From an uncultured Gammaproteobacteria bacterium (GTDB lineage: Bacteria; Patescibacteriota; Microgenomatia; UBA10105; UBA927), in assembly GCA_964629685.1 (NCBI GenBank), contig CAZVTT010000002.1, forward strand, positions 120,039 through 184,038: a DNA stretch of 64,000 bases. Reading direction: 5' to 3'. Position 1 is the stretch's first letter. Every line of letters begins with the position of its first letter. This document shows, in pieces, positions 44,428-53,956 of the stretch. Position numbers and translations under genes: made by a program. The notes under the pieces are model-generated. The model was not told the origin of the DNA, made no database searches, and worked only from the letters and a program-made list of their open reading frames with translations.

Positions 44428-45620
44428 ATAAGTTTAAGAAATGTTTTTTTACCGATTTTTATTATATCACCTGTTTCGAAACTGATAACATCATCCGATG
44501 CTATTACGTTTCCGTTTATATCTACCGCATGTTGTTGGATTAGCCTGCGGGCTTCCGATCTGCTTTTTGCCAATCCGGTAACCACCAGAACGTCTATAAG
44601 CGATGCACCGTCAGGTATATTTGTACGAGGTGTCGTCGGTATATCGACAATATTAAGTGAGCGTTCCTGAAATGTGTGTTCAAAGGCTGCTTGCGCATTA
44701 TCCGCATCCTCTCCACTATGCAGTTCAGCAGTAAGTGTGTGGGCAAGCTGTTTTTTAAACTGCATGGGGTTGGTGCCTTCCTGCATGGCTGTTTCTATTT
44801 TGGTTAAGTCAGCATCGCTAATGTCCGTGAGTAAACGGAAACACGGGAAAATGGCATCATCTCCTAAAGCCATAATTTTGGCGAACAAGTCGGTCGGTTT
44901 ATCGGTAATGCCTATTACGTTCCCTTCGCTTTTACCTATTTTTACACCTTTTGAGTCAGTTAATAGCGGCACGGTCATTACAAATTTTTCTTTGTTTAGC
45001 ATTGCCCGTACAAGTGTACGTCCGGCGAGCATGTTAAATGTCTGATCGGTTCCGCCCAATTCCAGGTCTACCTCCATGGCCACGGAGTCGTATCCCTGCA
45101 ACAACGGGTAGAGAAATTCCCGCAAATTTATAGATTCATTTTTCTTTAACCGTTCCTGAAACATATCGCGTTCAATAAGTTGTTGTACGGAAAAATTTTG
45201 AGCCAGATTCAGAATATCTACCAGGGATAAAGCATTAAGCCAATCGCCGTTGTAGCGTATTTCGACGGGGTTTTCTCCGGTGAAGCGGACAATTTTACCC
45301 GCCTGGTTTACGTAATCCAGTGCATTTTGCCGCAATTCTTCCCGGGTAAAAAATTTTTCCCGGGTTTTTTTCTTTCCTGAAGGGTCACCTGCTTGTCCGG
45401 TGCCGTCTCCGATTAAAAATATTACCTGATGTCCTAAATCCTGAAATTGCCGCAGTTTCCGTAACGCCACCATGTGTCCGATATGTAACTGTGTCCCTGT
45501 GGGGTCAAACCCCTGGTACAGCTTAAGTTTCTTGCCCGATCTCAGCACTTTCTCAAATGCTTCTTTCGAAGGGTATATTGTATCGACTCCACGATGTAGT
45601 AATGTGTGAATTGCGTCCAT
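44424..45620 (-). CDS. tyrS: Tyrosine--tRNA ligase
   Basis: GFDPT, HIGH, YPLLQGYD, GGTDQ, KIGKS, C-terminal S4. Confidence 0.96.
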   Translation of the reverse strand: MDAIHTLLHRGVDTIYPSKEAFEKVLRSGKKLKLYQGFDPTGTQLHIGHMVALRKLRQFQDLGHQVIFLIGDGTGQAGDPSGKKKTREKFFTREELRQNALDYVNQAGKIVRFTGENPVEIRYNGDWLNALSLVDILNLAQNFSVQQLIERDMFQERLKKNESINLREFLYPLLQGYDSVAMEVDLELGGTDQTFNMLAGRTLVRAMLNKEKFVMTVPLLTDSKGVKIGKSEGNVIGITDKPTDLFAKIMALGDDAIFPCFRLLTDISDADLTKIETAMQEGTNPMQFKKQLAHTLTAELHSGEDADNAQAAFEHTFQERSLNIVDIPTTPRTNIPDGASLIDVLVVTGLAKSRSEARRLIQQHAVDINGNVIASDDVISFETGDIIKIGKKTFLKLI

Positions 45621-45634
45621 ATTTTTCTCCTTTA

Positions 45635-46159
45635 CTATACCATAGACCGTTTTGTATGCGCGAGCGACATCGCTCGTCTTACTGCCGTGACTGCAGTATC
45701 AGCTCTGATAATCTTTTGAGCTTTGCGTTCATCCAAGTGTGTTCCCATCAACCTATTACTCCAACCGCCACTTCCCTGTATGGCGATAACCGGGATTCGT
45801 GCCTGATACGCCATGGCTATTTCCATCAGCGTTCCCGATCCGCCACCGATGCTGATTATTGCGTCGCAGCTGCGGATAAATATAAATTCCCTGCCGCCAC
45901 CCCGTTCCATTCCGGTCTGAATGCTCATCCCCCAGGGCGATTTTATTCCTTCGGACCGGAGAAATGCTAAGACAATTCCGTTTGCATTATGGGCAGCTTC
46001 CGCAGCTATTCCCGGGAGCGAAGGTCCATCGTCTTCAAATCCGAAACATAATACCGCATGCTGCCTCGCAATTTGTTTCCCAATCTCACTGGCCATTTTT
46101 TTATTTGTATTCGTTGGCTGTTTGGTCATTGAACCAATGACCCCTATTTGTATGATCAT
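45635..46159 (-). CDS. LOG/SLOG-family protein (TIGR00725-like)
   Basis: IGVIGS, IG..IA, GGGSGTLMEIAMAY, SGGWS. Confidence 0.8.
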   Translation of the reverse strand: MIIQIGVIGSMTKQPTNTNKKMASEIGKQIARQHAVLCFGFEDDGPSLPGIAAEAAHNANGIVLAFLRSEGIKSPWGMSIQTGMERGGGREFIFIRSCDAIISIGGGSGTLMEIAMAYQARIPVIAIQGSGGWSNRLMGTHLDERKAQKIIRADTAVTAVRRAMSLAHTKRSMV

Positions 46160-46161
46160 GA

Positions 46162-46611
46162 TTATCCCCTTTCTTTACTCCCGCGCACGCCTCGGGCGCT
46201 AATTTCCTGCAATATTTCCGCTCGTACTTCATTGTTTAGGTGTATCTGCCGTAATCGTCGAAGCACGTCTCTGATTTGGTGTTGATTGGCAAGTAATTGT
46301 TCAGCTTTAACCCGTTTTGACCATGATGGCATGAGCCAATTGGGTGGGTTTGTGTCAAAAAATCCCTGTTTGGGAATTCCACCGGGTACGTGTGCCCGGC
46401 CTAGCGAAACAAGTTGTCTCAACTCTAAGGCATGGATGGCATTCGGAAAAAATTGTTGCCGAAATATATTCAATCGGGTTTCAATCTCTTCTGAATGTTC
46501 CCGTCCGGTACTCGCCTGTTCACGTAATTGTTGAATCATGGCTATTTCCTTAAATACCGGTTCTTCCAGGAGACGGGGATTATGCATAAAGTCGATAAAG
46601 ATGGAAACCAT
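46162..46611 (-). CDS. Hypothetical protein; probable C-terminal half of the upstream PRTase-like gene
   Basis: No SD; overlaps upstream ORF by 32 nt in the +1 frame. Confidence 0.5.
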   Translation of the reverse strand: MVSIFIDFMHNPRLLEEPVFKEIAMIQQLREQASTGREHSEEIETRLNIFRQQFFPNAIHALELRQLVSLGRAHVPGGIPKQGFFDTNPPNWLMPSWSKRVKAEQLLANQHQIRDVLRRLRQIHLNNEVRAEILQEISARGVRGSKERG

Positions 46612-47200
46612 CGTCTGCCGGTGTCCGTACCTCCATTCCGCTTAATACGTTTACACCCATACGGGTTAGTTGTGCATGTGCTCCCTGTTTGCCTTCTCCG
46701 AACGTGCCTGTGTTTACTGCCAGAAATCCCACCGTAGTATGTGCGGGGTCTAACGTAAATAGATGCATTGTTTCGACAATGGTTTTTCCTGACCATCCCA
46801 CATCGTCCAGAATAAGTGGTCGGGAAAAGTCAAAATGAGACTTACGGGAAGTTATTTCGTCTTCATTGAGACTTACAAGATGTCCGAAACCGTCGAGCCG
46901 GCCGGATGATACTTTCCGCAGTCTGCTGATATGAAAATCCGCCACAACCGGAATATTTGCTTCAGGTTGGATATGCGTATGTACTGCTTGAGTTAGGTCA
47001 ATAATGACACTGAAATCCCGTAATTCGAGTTGTTGTATAAGTCTATCCAGGCACGGAAAAGGATCCACTACTTCATGTTGAAAAGTACTATGTCCGGAAG
47101 CAGCAATGAGCTCCTTTGTCGTTTCGGCTAACTCGGGTAGCCGTCCCGGTGCAGTGGTTAATGCTGCGCTATCAAGAAACCAAAGAATACGTTGTTCCAT
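46580..47200 (-). CDS. Phosphoribosyltransferase-like protein (possibly frameshifted)
   Basis: AGGAGG SD; LILDDVGWSGKTI PRPP-binding-like loop. Confidence 0.6.
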   Translation of the reverse strand: MEQRILWFLDSAALTTAPGRLPELAETTKELIAASGHSTFQHEVVDPFPCLDRLIQQLELRDFSVIIDLTQAVHTHIQPEANIPVVADFHISRLRKVSSGRLDGFGHLVSLNEDEITSRKSHFDFSRPLILDDVGWSGKTIVETMHLFTLDPAHTTVGFLAVNTGTFGEGKQGAHAQLTRMGVNVLSGMEVRTPADDGFHLYRLYA

Positions 47201-47240
47201 ATACCTCCTAATAAATGAATAAATATAACGAAAATACCAC

Positions 47241-47265
47241 AAAAAAACCTCCCGTCCCGGGAGGT
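47241..47265 (-). terminator. Attenuator terminator of the tyrS operon
   Basis: ACCTCCCG-GGA-CGGGAGGT followed by U-run on minus strand. Confidence 0.85.
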
Positions 47266-47288
47266 CCTGGTAGTACGTTTCCGTTAGT

Positions 47289-47369
47289 TTACTTAACAAC
47301 AGAGCACGTTACCGACCGCCCGTAAACGGGATAGGTATAGGTATAATACGCTCGGTTGCTTGCAATCAT
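47289..47369 (-). CDS. Tyr-rich leader peptide, 26 aa (not in ORF track)
   Basis: MIASNRAYYTYTYPVYGRSVTCSVVK, 5 Tyr; between promoter and terminator. Confidence 0.8.
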   Translation of the reverse strand: MIASNRAYYTYTYPVYGRSVTCSVVK

Positions 47370-47378
47370 ACGATAGCG

Positions 47379-47406
47379 ATTATATCATACGTGAACAGGC
47401 GTGCAA
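47379..47406 (-). promoter_or_regulatory. Promoter of the tyr leader
   Basis: TTGCAC-16-TATAAT with extended TG. Confidence 0.65.
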
Positions 47407-47416
47407 GGTATTTACT

Positions 47417-49978
47417 ATGGCTTTAGCAGATCTTTTTCAGGAACGACAAATGCGGCGACGCTCCGGAGTCAACAAATCCAGGCTAAAACTCCTCACCACA
47501 GCAGTAACGGTGATATTCGTTGGATTTATTGTAATTCTGATTGGGTTTGGACTGCTTTTCGCTTGGTACGCGAAAGATTTACCTAGGCCGGATAAGGTCC
47601 GTCGGGTTGATGGTTTATCTACTGTTATATCCGACAGGAATGGCGAAGGGTTGTACGAAATTTTTGAAGGTGCAAACAGAATCCCCGTTCAGTTTGAAGA
47701 AATCCCCGAGCATTTGCGTAATGCCACGGTTGCCGTTGAAGATAAAAGCTTTTACCAACATCAGGGGTTATCCACAGCCGGAATTATGCGCGCCATGATT
47801 AATATTGTGGTATTCCGCAACATGCAGGGAGGTTCAACCTTAACCCAACAATTAGTCAAAAATGTACTGCTAACCAATGAGCAGACGGTTGCCAGAAAAA
47901 TTAAAGAAGCCGTATTGGCAATACAAATAGAACGGAAGTACACCAAAAACGAAATACTTCAGATGTATCTGAACGAAGCGCCGTATGGTGGTACCGCCGT
48001 AGGCGTAGAATCAGCCAGTCAGTTGTATTTCAGTAAGCATGTCAAAGATCTTAATCTGGTAGAAAGTATTATTCTCGCCGGTTTACCTCAATCTCCGACC
48101 GGGTATTCCCCATTCGGTAACAACCCGGAAGCGTATATTCCCCGGGCACAGGCGGTAGCCAGACGGATGAGGGAAGACGGGTATATTACCGCAATTCAGG
48201 AAACGGAGGTTCGGGATCAACTGGATAAAGTGGAATTTTCAAAAGGTGAAATCGGATTACGGGCATCGCATTTTGTGGAATATGTCAGAGCTCAGCTACT
48301 GGAAAAATTCGGCGAGAAGATGGTAGAAAGCGGAGGTTTAAACGTTACCACGTCTTTAGATTGGGGCCTGCAGGAAAAAACGGAGAATATCGTAAAGGAA
48401 GAAATTGCTAAACTTAAACCGTTACGGGTAACAAATGGCGCAGCAGTGGTGTTGGATCCGACTACCGGTGAAATATTGGCGATGGTGGGTTCAAAAGATT
48501 ATAACGCTTCGGAAAGCGGCGGGTATAAATTTAATGTTGTCACACAGGGATTACGGCAGCCCGGCTCGGCTATCAAGCCGATCGCATACGCAGCGGCATT
48601 AAAAAAGGGCTATACCGCGGCAACAGTGTTAATGGATGTAGAGACAAAATATCCATCCGGAGAAGCCGATAAACCGGAATATAATCCAAAAAATTATGAC
48701 GGGAAATATCGCGGTCCGGTGTTACTTCGGAATGCTCTGGGAAATTCCATAAATACCATAGCTGTTAAAATTACGGCTTTGGTAGGTATTCGTGACGTGC
48801 TCCGTTTAGCCTATGATATGGGTCTCCCTACGCTTGAGCCCACTGATGAAAATTTAAAGCGTTTCGGTCTTTCCATTGCATTGGGGGGTGGTGAGGTTCA
48901 CATGTTGGAATTGGCGAACGCATATGGGGTACTGGCCACCGGAGGTTTTCGCCATGAACCGGTTTCCATTTTGAAAGTTGTGGATGCCAAAGGTAAAGTT
49001 ATCTATGAGCACAAAACACCGACGCCAAAGCGTGTACTTGAACCGGAAATAGCCTTCATCATTTCCAGTATGTTATCGGACAACAATGCCCGTAAGGACG
49101 TTTTCGGTGAACGATCTTTGCTGGTTATCCCAGGTAAAACAGTGGCGGTAAAAACCGGTACTACTGACGATAAACGGGATAACTGGACTGTGGGATATAC
49201 GAAACACGTGGTGGTAGCAACCTGGGTAGGAAACAATGATAATTCTCCAATGCATCCCTCGCTATCTTCAGGTATAACCGGAGCGGCACCGCTCTGGAAT
49301 AAGATTATAAAAGAGGCGCTGAAAGATAAAAAGGATGAACCATTTGATCGTCCGGATGGCATCGTGGAAATGGATATAGATGCTTATGCCGGTGGGCTTC
49401 CTGTCGACGGCGGACAAGTCCGTAAGGAAGTGTTCATAAAAGGAACCGAGCCTACACAGAAAGCATCCGTATATCAGGATCTTCGGCTGTCAAAAAAAGA
49501 TAACAATAAACTTGCCAACTCCGTTGAAATTACCAAAGGTGAGTACGATTCCAAATCGTTCCTGGTCTTTACGGAACTCGACCCGGTTTCCAGCGACGGT
49601 AAAAATCGTTGGCAGGAAGGTATAGATGCTTGGGCTCAATCTCAGTCGGATAACAAATTTAAACCGCCGAAAGAAGTAAATCAGTCTACCGACCAAATCT
49701 CAGTCAGTATAAAGGAGCCGAATAACGGGAGCCGGATTGACTCCAATACCGTTCACATTCGGGCTGAATCCGCGAGTTTAAACGATGTATCCAAAATTGA
49801 AATATATGTAGACGGCGTTCTGGTTGCGGATAAAAATGACCGGTTAATTTCCCAGGATATTACGTTGGAAAATGGTCAGAGGACAATTAAGGCCAAAGCC
49901 ACGGATAGTAAAGGAAACACAGCTGAAGCGGAAGTTAAAGTAGCGATAAACGAGCCGTTTCCTACTCCGAAGCCCTAA
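47417..49978 (+). CDS. Class A penicillin-binding protein (GT51, transpeptidase, Ig-like C-terminus)
   Basis: EDKSFYQH, GGSTLTQQ, RKIKE; SAIK, SIN, KTG. Confidence 0.95.
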   Translation: MALADLFQERQMRRRSGVNKSRLKLLTTAVTVIFVGFIVILIGFGLLFAWYAKDLPRPDKVRRVDGLSTVISDRNGEGLYEIFEGANRIPVQFEEIPEHLRNATVAVEDKSFYQHQGLSTAGIMRAMINIVVFRNMQGGSTLTQQLVKNVLLTNEQTVARKIKEAVLAIQIERKYTKNEILQMYLNEAPYGGTAVGVESASQLYFSKHVKDLNLVESIILAGLPQSPTGYSPFGNNPEAYIPRAQAVARRMREDGYITAIQETEVRDQLDKVEFSKGEIGLRASHFVEYVRAQLLEKFGEKMVESGGLNVTTSLDWGLQEKTENIVKEEIAKLKPLRVTNGAAVVLDPTTGEILAMVGSKDYNASESGGYKFNVVTQGLRQPGSAIKPIAYAAALKKGYTAATVLMDVETKYPSGEADKPEYNPKNYDGKYRGPVLLRNALGNSINTIAVKITALVGIRDVLRLAYDMGLPTLEPTDENLKRFGLSIALGGGEVHMLELANAYGVLATGGFRHEPVSILKVVDAKGKVIYEHKTPTPKRVLEPEIAFIISSMLSDNNARKDVFGERSLLVIPGKTVAVKTGTTDDKRDNWTVGYTKHVVVATWVGNNDNSPMHPSLSSGITGAAPLWNKIIKEALKDKKDEPFDRPDGIVEMDIDAYAGGLPVDGGQVRKEVFIKGTEPTQKASVYQDLRLSKKDNNKLANSVEITKGEYDSKSFLVFTELDPVSSDGKNRWQEGIDAWAQSQSDNKFKPPKEVNQSTDQISVSIKEPNNGSRIDSNTVHIRAESASLNDVSKIEIYVDGVLVADKNDRLISQDITLENGQRTIKAKATDSKGNTAEAEVKVAINEPFPTPKP

Positions 49979-49980
49979 TA

Positions 49981-52002
49981 CTACTGAGTCTTAAGTTCCA
50001 ACCCGATTTCTGTGGCCGCGTTCAGAACCTTTGCACGCAAAGTTTTTATATTTTCCGTCGTTAATGTTTTTGTGGTGTCTAAATATTCAATTCGGATAGT
50101 GCGTATATTCTGATAACTATCTATTAGCAATACGCGACGAATGGTGGGATCAATGGATGTGAATGTCTTGATTAAGGTACCCACCCTGAATCCCGGCGGA
50201 ACAATGAAAGAAAAATCTTCCCGGACTGCCGGATATTTAGGAATGGGGATATACCTTCGTTGCGGATGGGCATGTGCTGCCATTTCATCGAGGTAAAGGT
50301 GTAGTACCGTTAGCGGTTTATTAATATGCATCTCCGTCAGGAGTTGCTGATGTATTTCTCCGAATGATCCGTATCTTCCCAACGAATAGGAATGATGCGG
50401 TTGAAGGTACGGATACGTCGATGCTTCCGGTTCATCCGGGAAAGGAATACCCATACTATCGAATAATGCCTGAGCAAGTCCTTTGGCATGGGCGAATTGT
50501 TCTCCGGTCCAGCAGACGAGGAGTGTCGGGCGTTCGTGCGGCAGTTCCGCCTTCCGGAAATGATATTCCATAGAAAGTTCAAAAAGATTAAACGTGCTGC
50601 GGTGGTGAAGGTTTTCTTCTACTGTTTTTAGCATACTCGGAAGCAGCAGTGGCCTCATGTATACCCATTCTGTCGAAAGCGGGTTAGTTATTTTATAGGC
50701 AGCACCCGTGTCCAGTCCGAACGTTTTCATGAGTTCTTCTGAGATCATTGAATACGTATATGTTTCGGTATATCCCCAATCCCTAAGTTTGGTTTTTATG
50801 ATTTCCTCCCAATTGAGGATAGGATCGGGTTGAACAACCGGTGGCTCGGTGTCCGGTAATCTGGTTTTCAGATTGTGATATCCGTATAATCTGGCAATTT
50901 CTTCAATAATGTCTACGTCGCGCGTAACATCACGTCTGAAGCTGGGGATTTTTGCCGTGACGGTGGTTTTGTTTAGCGTGGGAATAAATCCGAGCGGTGA
51001 GAGTATAGTCTGAATTTCTTTATCTTTGAGATCAACGCCCATATATGCCGATAATTTTTGACGGGTAACGGATACCGAGGAGGGTTTATACGCTTTGGGA
51101 TGTATGTCATATACGCTACTGGCGACTTGGGCACCAGCTAATGTAGTAGCCATTTCTACCCCACGGATAAACGCCGGAAGAACGAGTTCAGTATCCGTTC
51201 CTTTTTCAAAAAGTCCGGCTGCCTCCGTTCGGTGTGCCAGCTTCATGGATGTGCGTCGAATCCGTACAGGATCGTATGTCTGTAAAAATAGAATAACGGT
51301 AGTGGTTTTTTCGGTGATGGAGGAATTTTCCGCTCCCATTATGCCGCACAGATCAATGAGTCTGCCTGATTCGTCTTCGATCACGATGTCACCCCCGGGG
51401 AGGATATGGGTTTTCCCGTCTAACGTCGTAATTTTTTCATGTTTGCGGGATTCACGCAGCTTCATGGTAGGTATTCCGTTTTTGGATGCTATACGGTCAT
51501 AGTCAAATGCATGTGCCGGTTGCCCATAGCAGCGCATCAGGTAATTGGTAATATCAACAACAATATTCAATGAGCGAATACCGGTTTTTTCTAATTTTTG
51601 TTGCAACCATTTCGGCGATGGCCCTACGGTAACATGTTCCAACACAATAGACGTCCAGCGGGGATTTAAGCGAGGGTCGGTAAATATTTTCAGTTTTTTT
51701 GTCCCCGCTCTTTTGTATTTTCGGATAAATGCAGCGGTATCGGTAGCATACGGATCCTGCAGCAGCTTGGCTTTAATGCCAAATCGCGGGAGTATGGCAG
51801 CGGCTTCTCTGGCAACACCGGATACGGACATGGAATCCGGTCTATTCGTCGTAATTTCTATGTCATATACCACTTCGCCATTCACGGTGTTTATCCGTTC
51901 AATAGACGGACCGCAAAGGGAAAGATATTCTTTCAATTGTGCCGGGCTTGCTTTTGTCTGCAAAAATTCCCTTAACCACGAATCAGGTATGAGTATATTC
52001 AT
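49981..52002 (-). CDS. pheT: Phenylalanine--tRNA ligase beta subunit (short, no OB-fold B2)
   Basis: ITTNRPD, VVDITNY, RRD...DIIEEIARLYGY, NPLS, YP.VREDFSF. Confidence 0.94.
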   Translation of the reverse strand: MNILIPDSWLREFLQTKASPAQLKEYLSLCGPSIERINTVNGEVVYDIEITTNRPDSMSVSGVAREAAAILPRFGIKAKLLQDPYATDTAAFIRKYKRAGTKKLKIFTDPRLNPRWTSIVLEHVTVGPSPKWLQQKLEKTGIRSLNIVVDITNYLMRCYGQPAHAFDYDRIASKNGIPTMKLRESRKHEKITTLDGKTHILPGGDIVIEDESGRLIDLCGIMGAENSSITEKTTTVILFLQTYDPVRIRRTSMKLAHRTEAAGLFEKGTDTELVLPAFIRGVEMATTLAGAQVASSVYDIHPKAYKPSSVSVTRQKLSAYMGVDLKDKEIQTILSPLGFIPTLNKTTVTAKIPSFRRDVTRDVDIIEEIARLYGYHNLKTRLPDTEPPVVQPDPILNWEEIIKTKLRDWGYTETYTYSMISEELMKTFGLDTGAAYKITNPLSTEWVYMRPLLLPSMLKTVEENLHHRSTFNLFELSMEYHFRKAELPHERPTLLVCWTGEQFAHAKGLAQALFDSMGIPFPDEPEASTYPYLQPHHSYSLGRYGSFGEIHQQLLTEMHINKPLTVLHLYLDEMAAHAHPQRRYIPIPKYPAVREDFSFIVPPGFRVGTLIKTFTSIDPTIRRVLLIDSYQNIRTIRIEYLDTTKTLTTENIKTLRAKVLNAATEIGLELKTQ

Positions 52003-52010
52003 AAATGCAT

Positions 52011-53786
52011 TTAGAATTGTTCCAAAAATCTTATGTCATTACTGTACAGTAATCGGATATCATCAAGTTTAGTTCCGGATTTCATCATGTATGTGCGCTC
52101 TACTCCCCATCCAAAGGCAAAGCCGTTGTATATTTGCGTATCCACGTTCCCATTCGCGAGTACTACGGGATGGACCATCCCTGCTCCGCCCAATTCGAGC
52201 CAACCTTCTTTGCAAAGTCTGCACCCGTTGCCGTTACATACATCACAACTTATATCTACTTCAAATGACGGTTCGGTAAATTGAAAATGAAATGGGCGGA
52301 TTCTGGCTTTTCTTTCCGGTCCGAAGAATTGTTTTACGAAATAATCCAGTACTCCTTTTAGATGTCCGATTGAGACATTTTTGTCTACGTATAACCCCTC
52401 AAACTGGTGAAACATAGGCACATGGGAAATGTCCGATTGCCGGCGGTAACACTTGGCTATATTTATCATTCTGATCGGCAAATTCTTTTTTAGCATTTCT
52501 CTGACTTGTCCGTTTGACGTATGTGGTGTCAGAACCATTTTCGAAAATTTTTCATTTTTTGGTTTGCTGTCCACAAAGAACGTTTCCCACTCGTCTCTGG
52601 CCGGATGATCCGGGGGCATGTTTAGCGATTCGAAGGGGTACCAATCCCAATCTACCTCTGGATGTCTTACCCTCGTGAAGCCTATCCGTTCGAATATTTT
52701 GGTAATTTCGGTTATTGCCTGACTTACTATATGCAGGTGTCCCTGAGGCGGCAGGATCCCCGGCACGGAGGTATCAAACGTATCCTGCTCTGTACTTATG
52801 GCATGTTTCCGTTCATATTCCTGTAATGCCACTTCTACCGATGATTTTACTTCATTAATAAGTGTCCCTATGCGTTGCCGTTGCTCTTGCGGTACGAATC
52901 TAAGCTGTCTGGTGAGATTGGCAAACTCACTTTTGCTTCCGAGCATTTTCAATCGGACTTCATTTGGTGGGTCTTCCGATTGGTGAATGGTTGTGAGTGC
53001 AGTCTGTTGTATTTCCAAAATAAGTGAGGTAAGTGCTGAAGGTGATAAGAGTTGTTGTTCGTCAGTTTGTTTTGGAGTTATAACCGGAACACTATAATAT
53101 ACTTTCACCGTGTCTTGGTTGTGGACAATTGCTGTTACGTGAATTTGCCCTACCTCATCCGTAGTTTTTACCTGTGTGCCGCCGTCCGGAATTGGTGTAT
53201 AACCGGCAATATTTACTATACGGAGCGGTTTATGTTTTGGTAAATATTCGGGCACATGCGATACCAGTTGCGCTAATTCCTGAAGTGAAACAAAACGGGT
53301 TGATATTACCAGTTTTCTGCTGATAATTTGATTTGCTGTGTGTTCTATGGGTTTCTGCATTTCTTCCGATATGCTGCCCGAATATTCGATGAAAGACTGG
53401 TCCCCGTGTTCACCCTTTAGCGGTTTTAGTGATGGCACATGGTGCATAACGGCTTCATGCAAAATATGTCCGGCACTATGTACCTGCATATGCCTGTATC
53501 GCAGATTCCAGTTTATGGTTGTTTCAACGATTTCTTCCGGTGAGATTACGCCGTTAAGTTTCCCTTCATGAATAACCGTGCCTTGTTGAAGCCGTACATG
53601 TGTGACGGAAAGCGTTCCGTTTTTCCCGGTGATTTGCCCTTTATCTGAAGGTTGTCCGCCGCCTTGCGGGTAAAATATCGTTTTATCCAGAACGATTTCG
53701 GTTATATCTCCATGTTTGGCCACGGAGATAACTCTCGCGGAGAGTGACTTTTTATAACTGTCGGTTAAATACATGCATTCGGTCAT
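52011..53786 (-). CDS. pheS: AlaX-like editing domain fused to phenylalanine--tRNA ligase alpha subunit
   Basis: N: TIFYPQGGGQPSD, HSAGH, DGGTQV; C: HPARD, HTS, FHQFEG, FTEPS, GFAFGWGVER; one frame. Confidence 0.92.
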   Translation of the reverse strand: MTECMYLTDSYKKSLSARVISVAKHGDITEIVLDKTIFYPQGGGQPSDKGQITGKNGTLSVTHVRLQQGTVIHEGKLNGVISPEEIVETTINWNLRYRHMQVHSAGHILHEAVMHHVPSLKPLKGEHGDQSFIEYSGSISEEMQKPIEHTANQIISRKLVISTRFVSLQELAQLVSHVPEYLPKHKPLRIVNIAGYTPIPDGGTQVKTTDEVGQIHVTAIVHNQDTVKVYYSVPVITPKQTDEQQLLSPSALTSLILEIQQTALTTIHQSEDPPNEVRLKMLGSKSEFANLTRQLRFVPQEQRQRIGTLINEVKSSVEVALQEYERKHAISTEQDTFDTSVPGILPPQGHLHIVSQAITEITKIFERIGFTRVRHPEVDWDWYPFESLNMPPDHPARDEWETFFVDSKPKNEKFSKMVLTPHTSNGQVREMLKKNLPIRMINIAKCYRRQSDISHVPMFHQFEGLYVDKNVSIGHLKGVLDYFVKQFFGPERKARIRPFHFQFTEPSFEVDISCDVCNGNGCRLCKEGWLELGGAGMVHPVVLANGNVDTQIYNGFAFGWGVERTYMMKSGTKLDDIRLLYSNDIRFLEQF

Positions 53787-53837
53787 ACGTGTGTATGTAT
53801 TGTACGGTGATAGTAACACCGGCTTCAAGCATACGGC

Positions 53838-53863
53838 AATAAAAAACCTCCTTATCGGAGGTT
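53838..53863 (-). terminator. Attenuator terminator upstream of pheS
   Basis: AACCTCC-GATAA-GGAGGTT then U-run on minus strand. Confidence 0.85.
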
Positions 53864-53904
53864 ACTTTGGGTTTTTCTTGTTTTGCACTATCCCCAAGTA
53901 CCTC

Positions 53905-53952
53905 CTAAAGAAGGCTAAAGTAAAATTCAAAAAAAAGCACGTTTGCTGACAT
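53905..53952 (-). CDS. Phe-rich leader peptide, PheM-like, 15 aa
   Basis: MSANVLFFEFYFSLL, four TTT codons; between rplT and pheS. Confidence 0.8.
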   Translation of the reverse strand: MSANVLFFEFYFSLL

Positions 53953-53956
53953 ACCG

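Noticed and set aside
49981-52002. pheT pseudogene because it is short
   Set aside because: Frame intact with B1, B3/4, B5, catalytic-like and anticodon-binding parts; only the OB-fold is absent.
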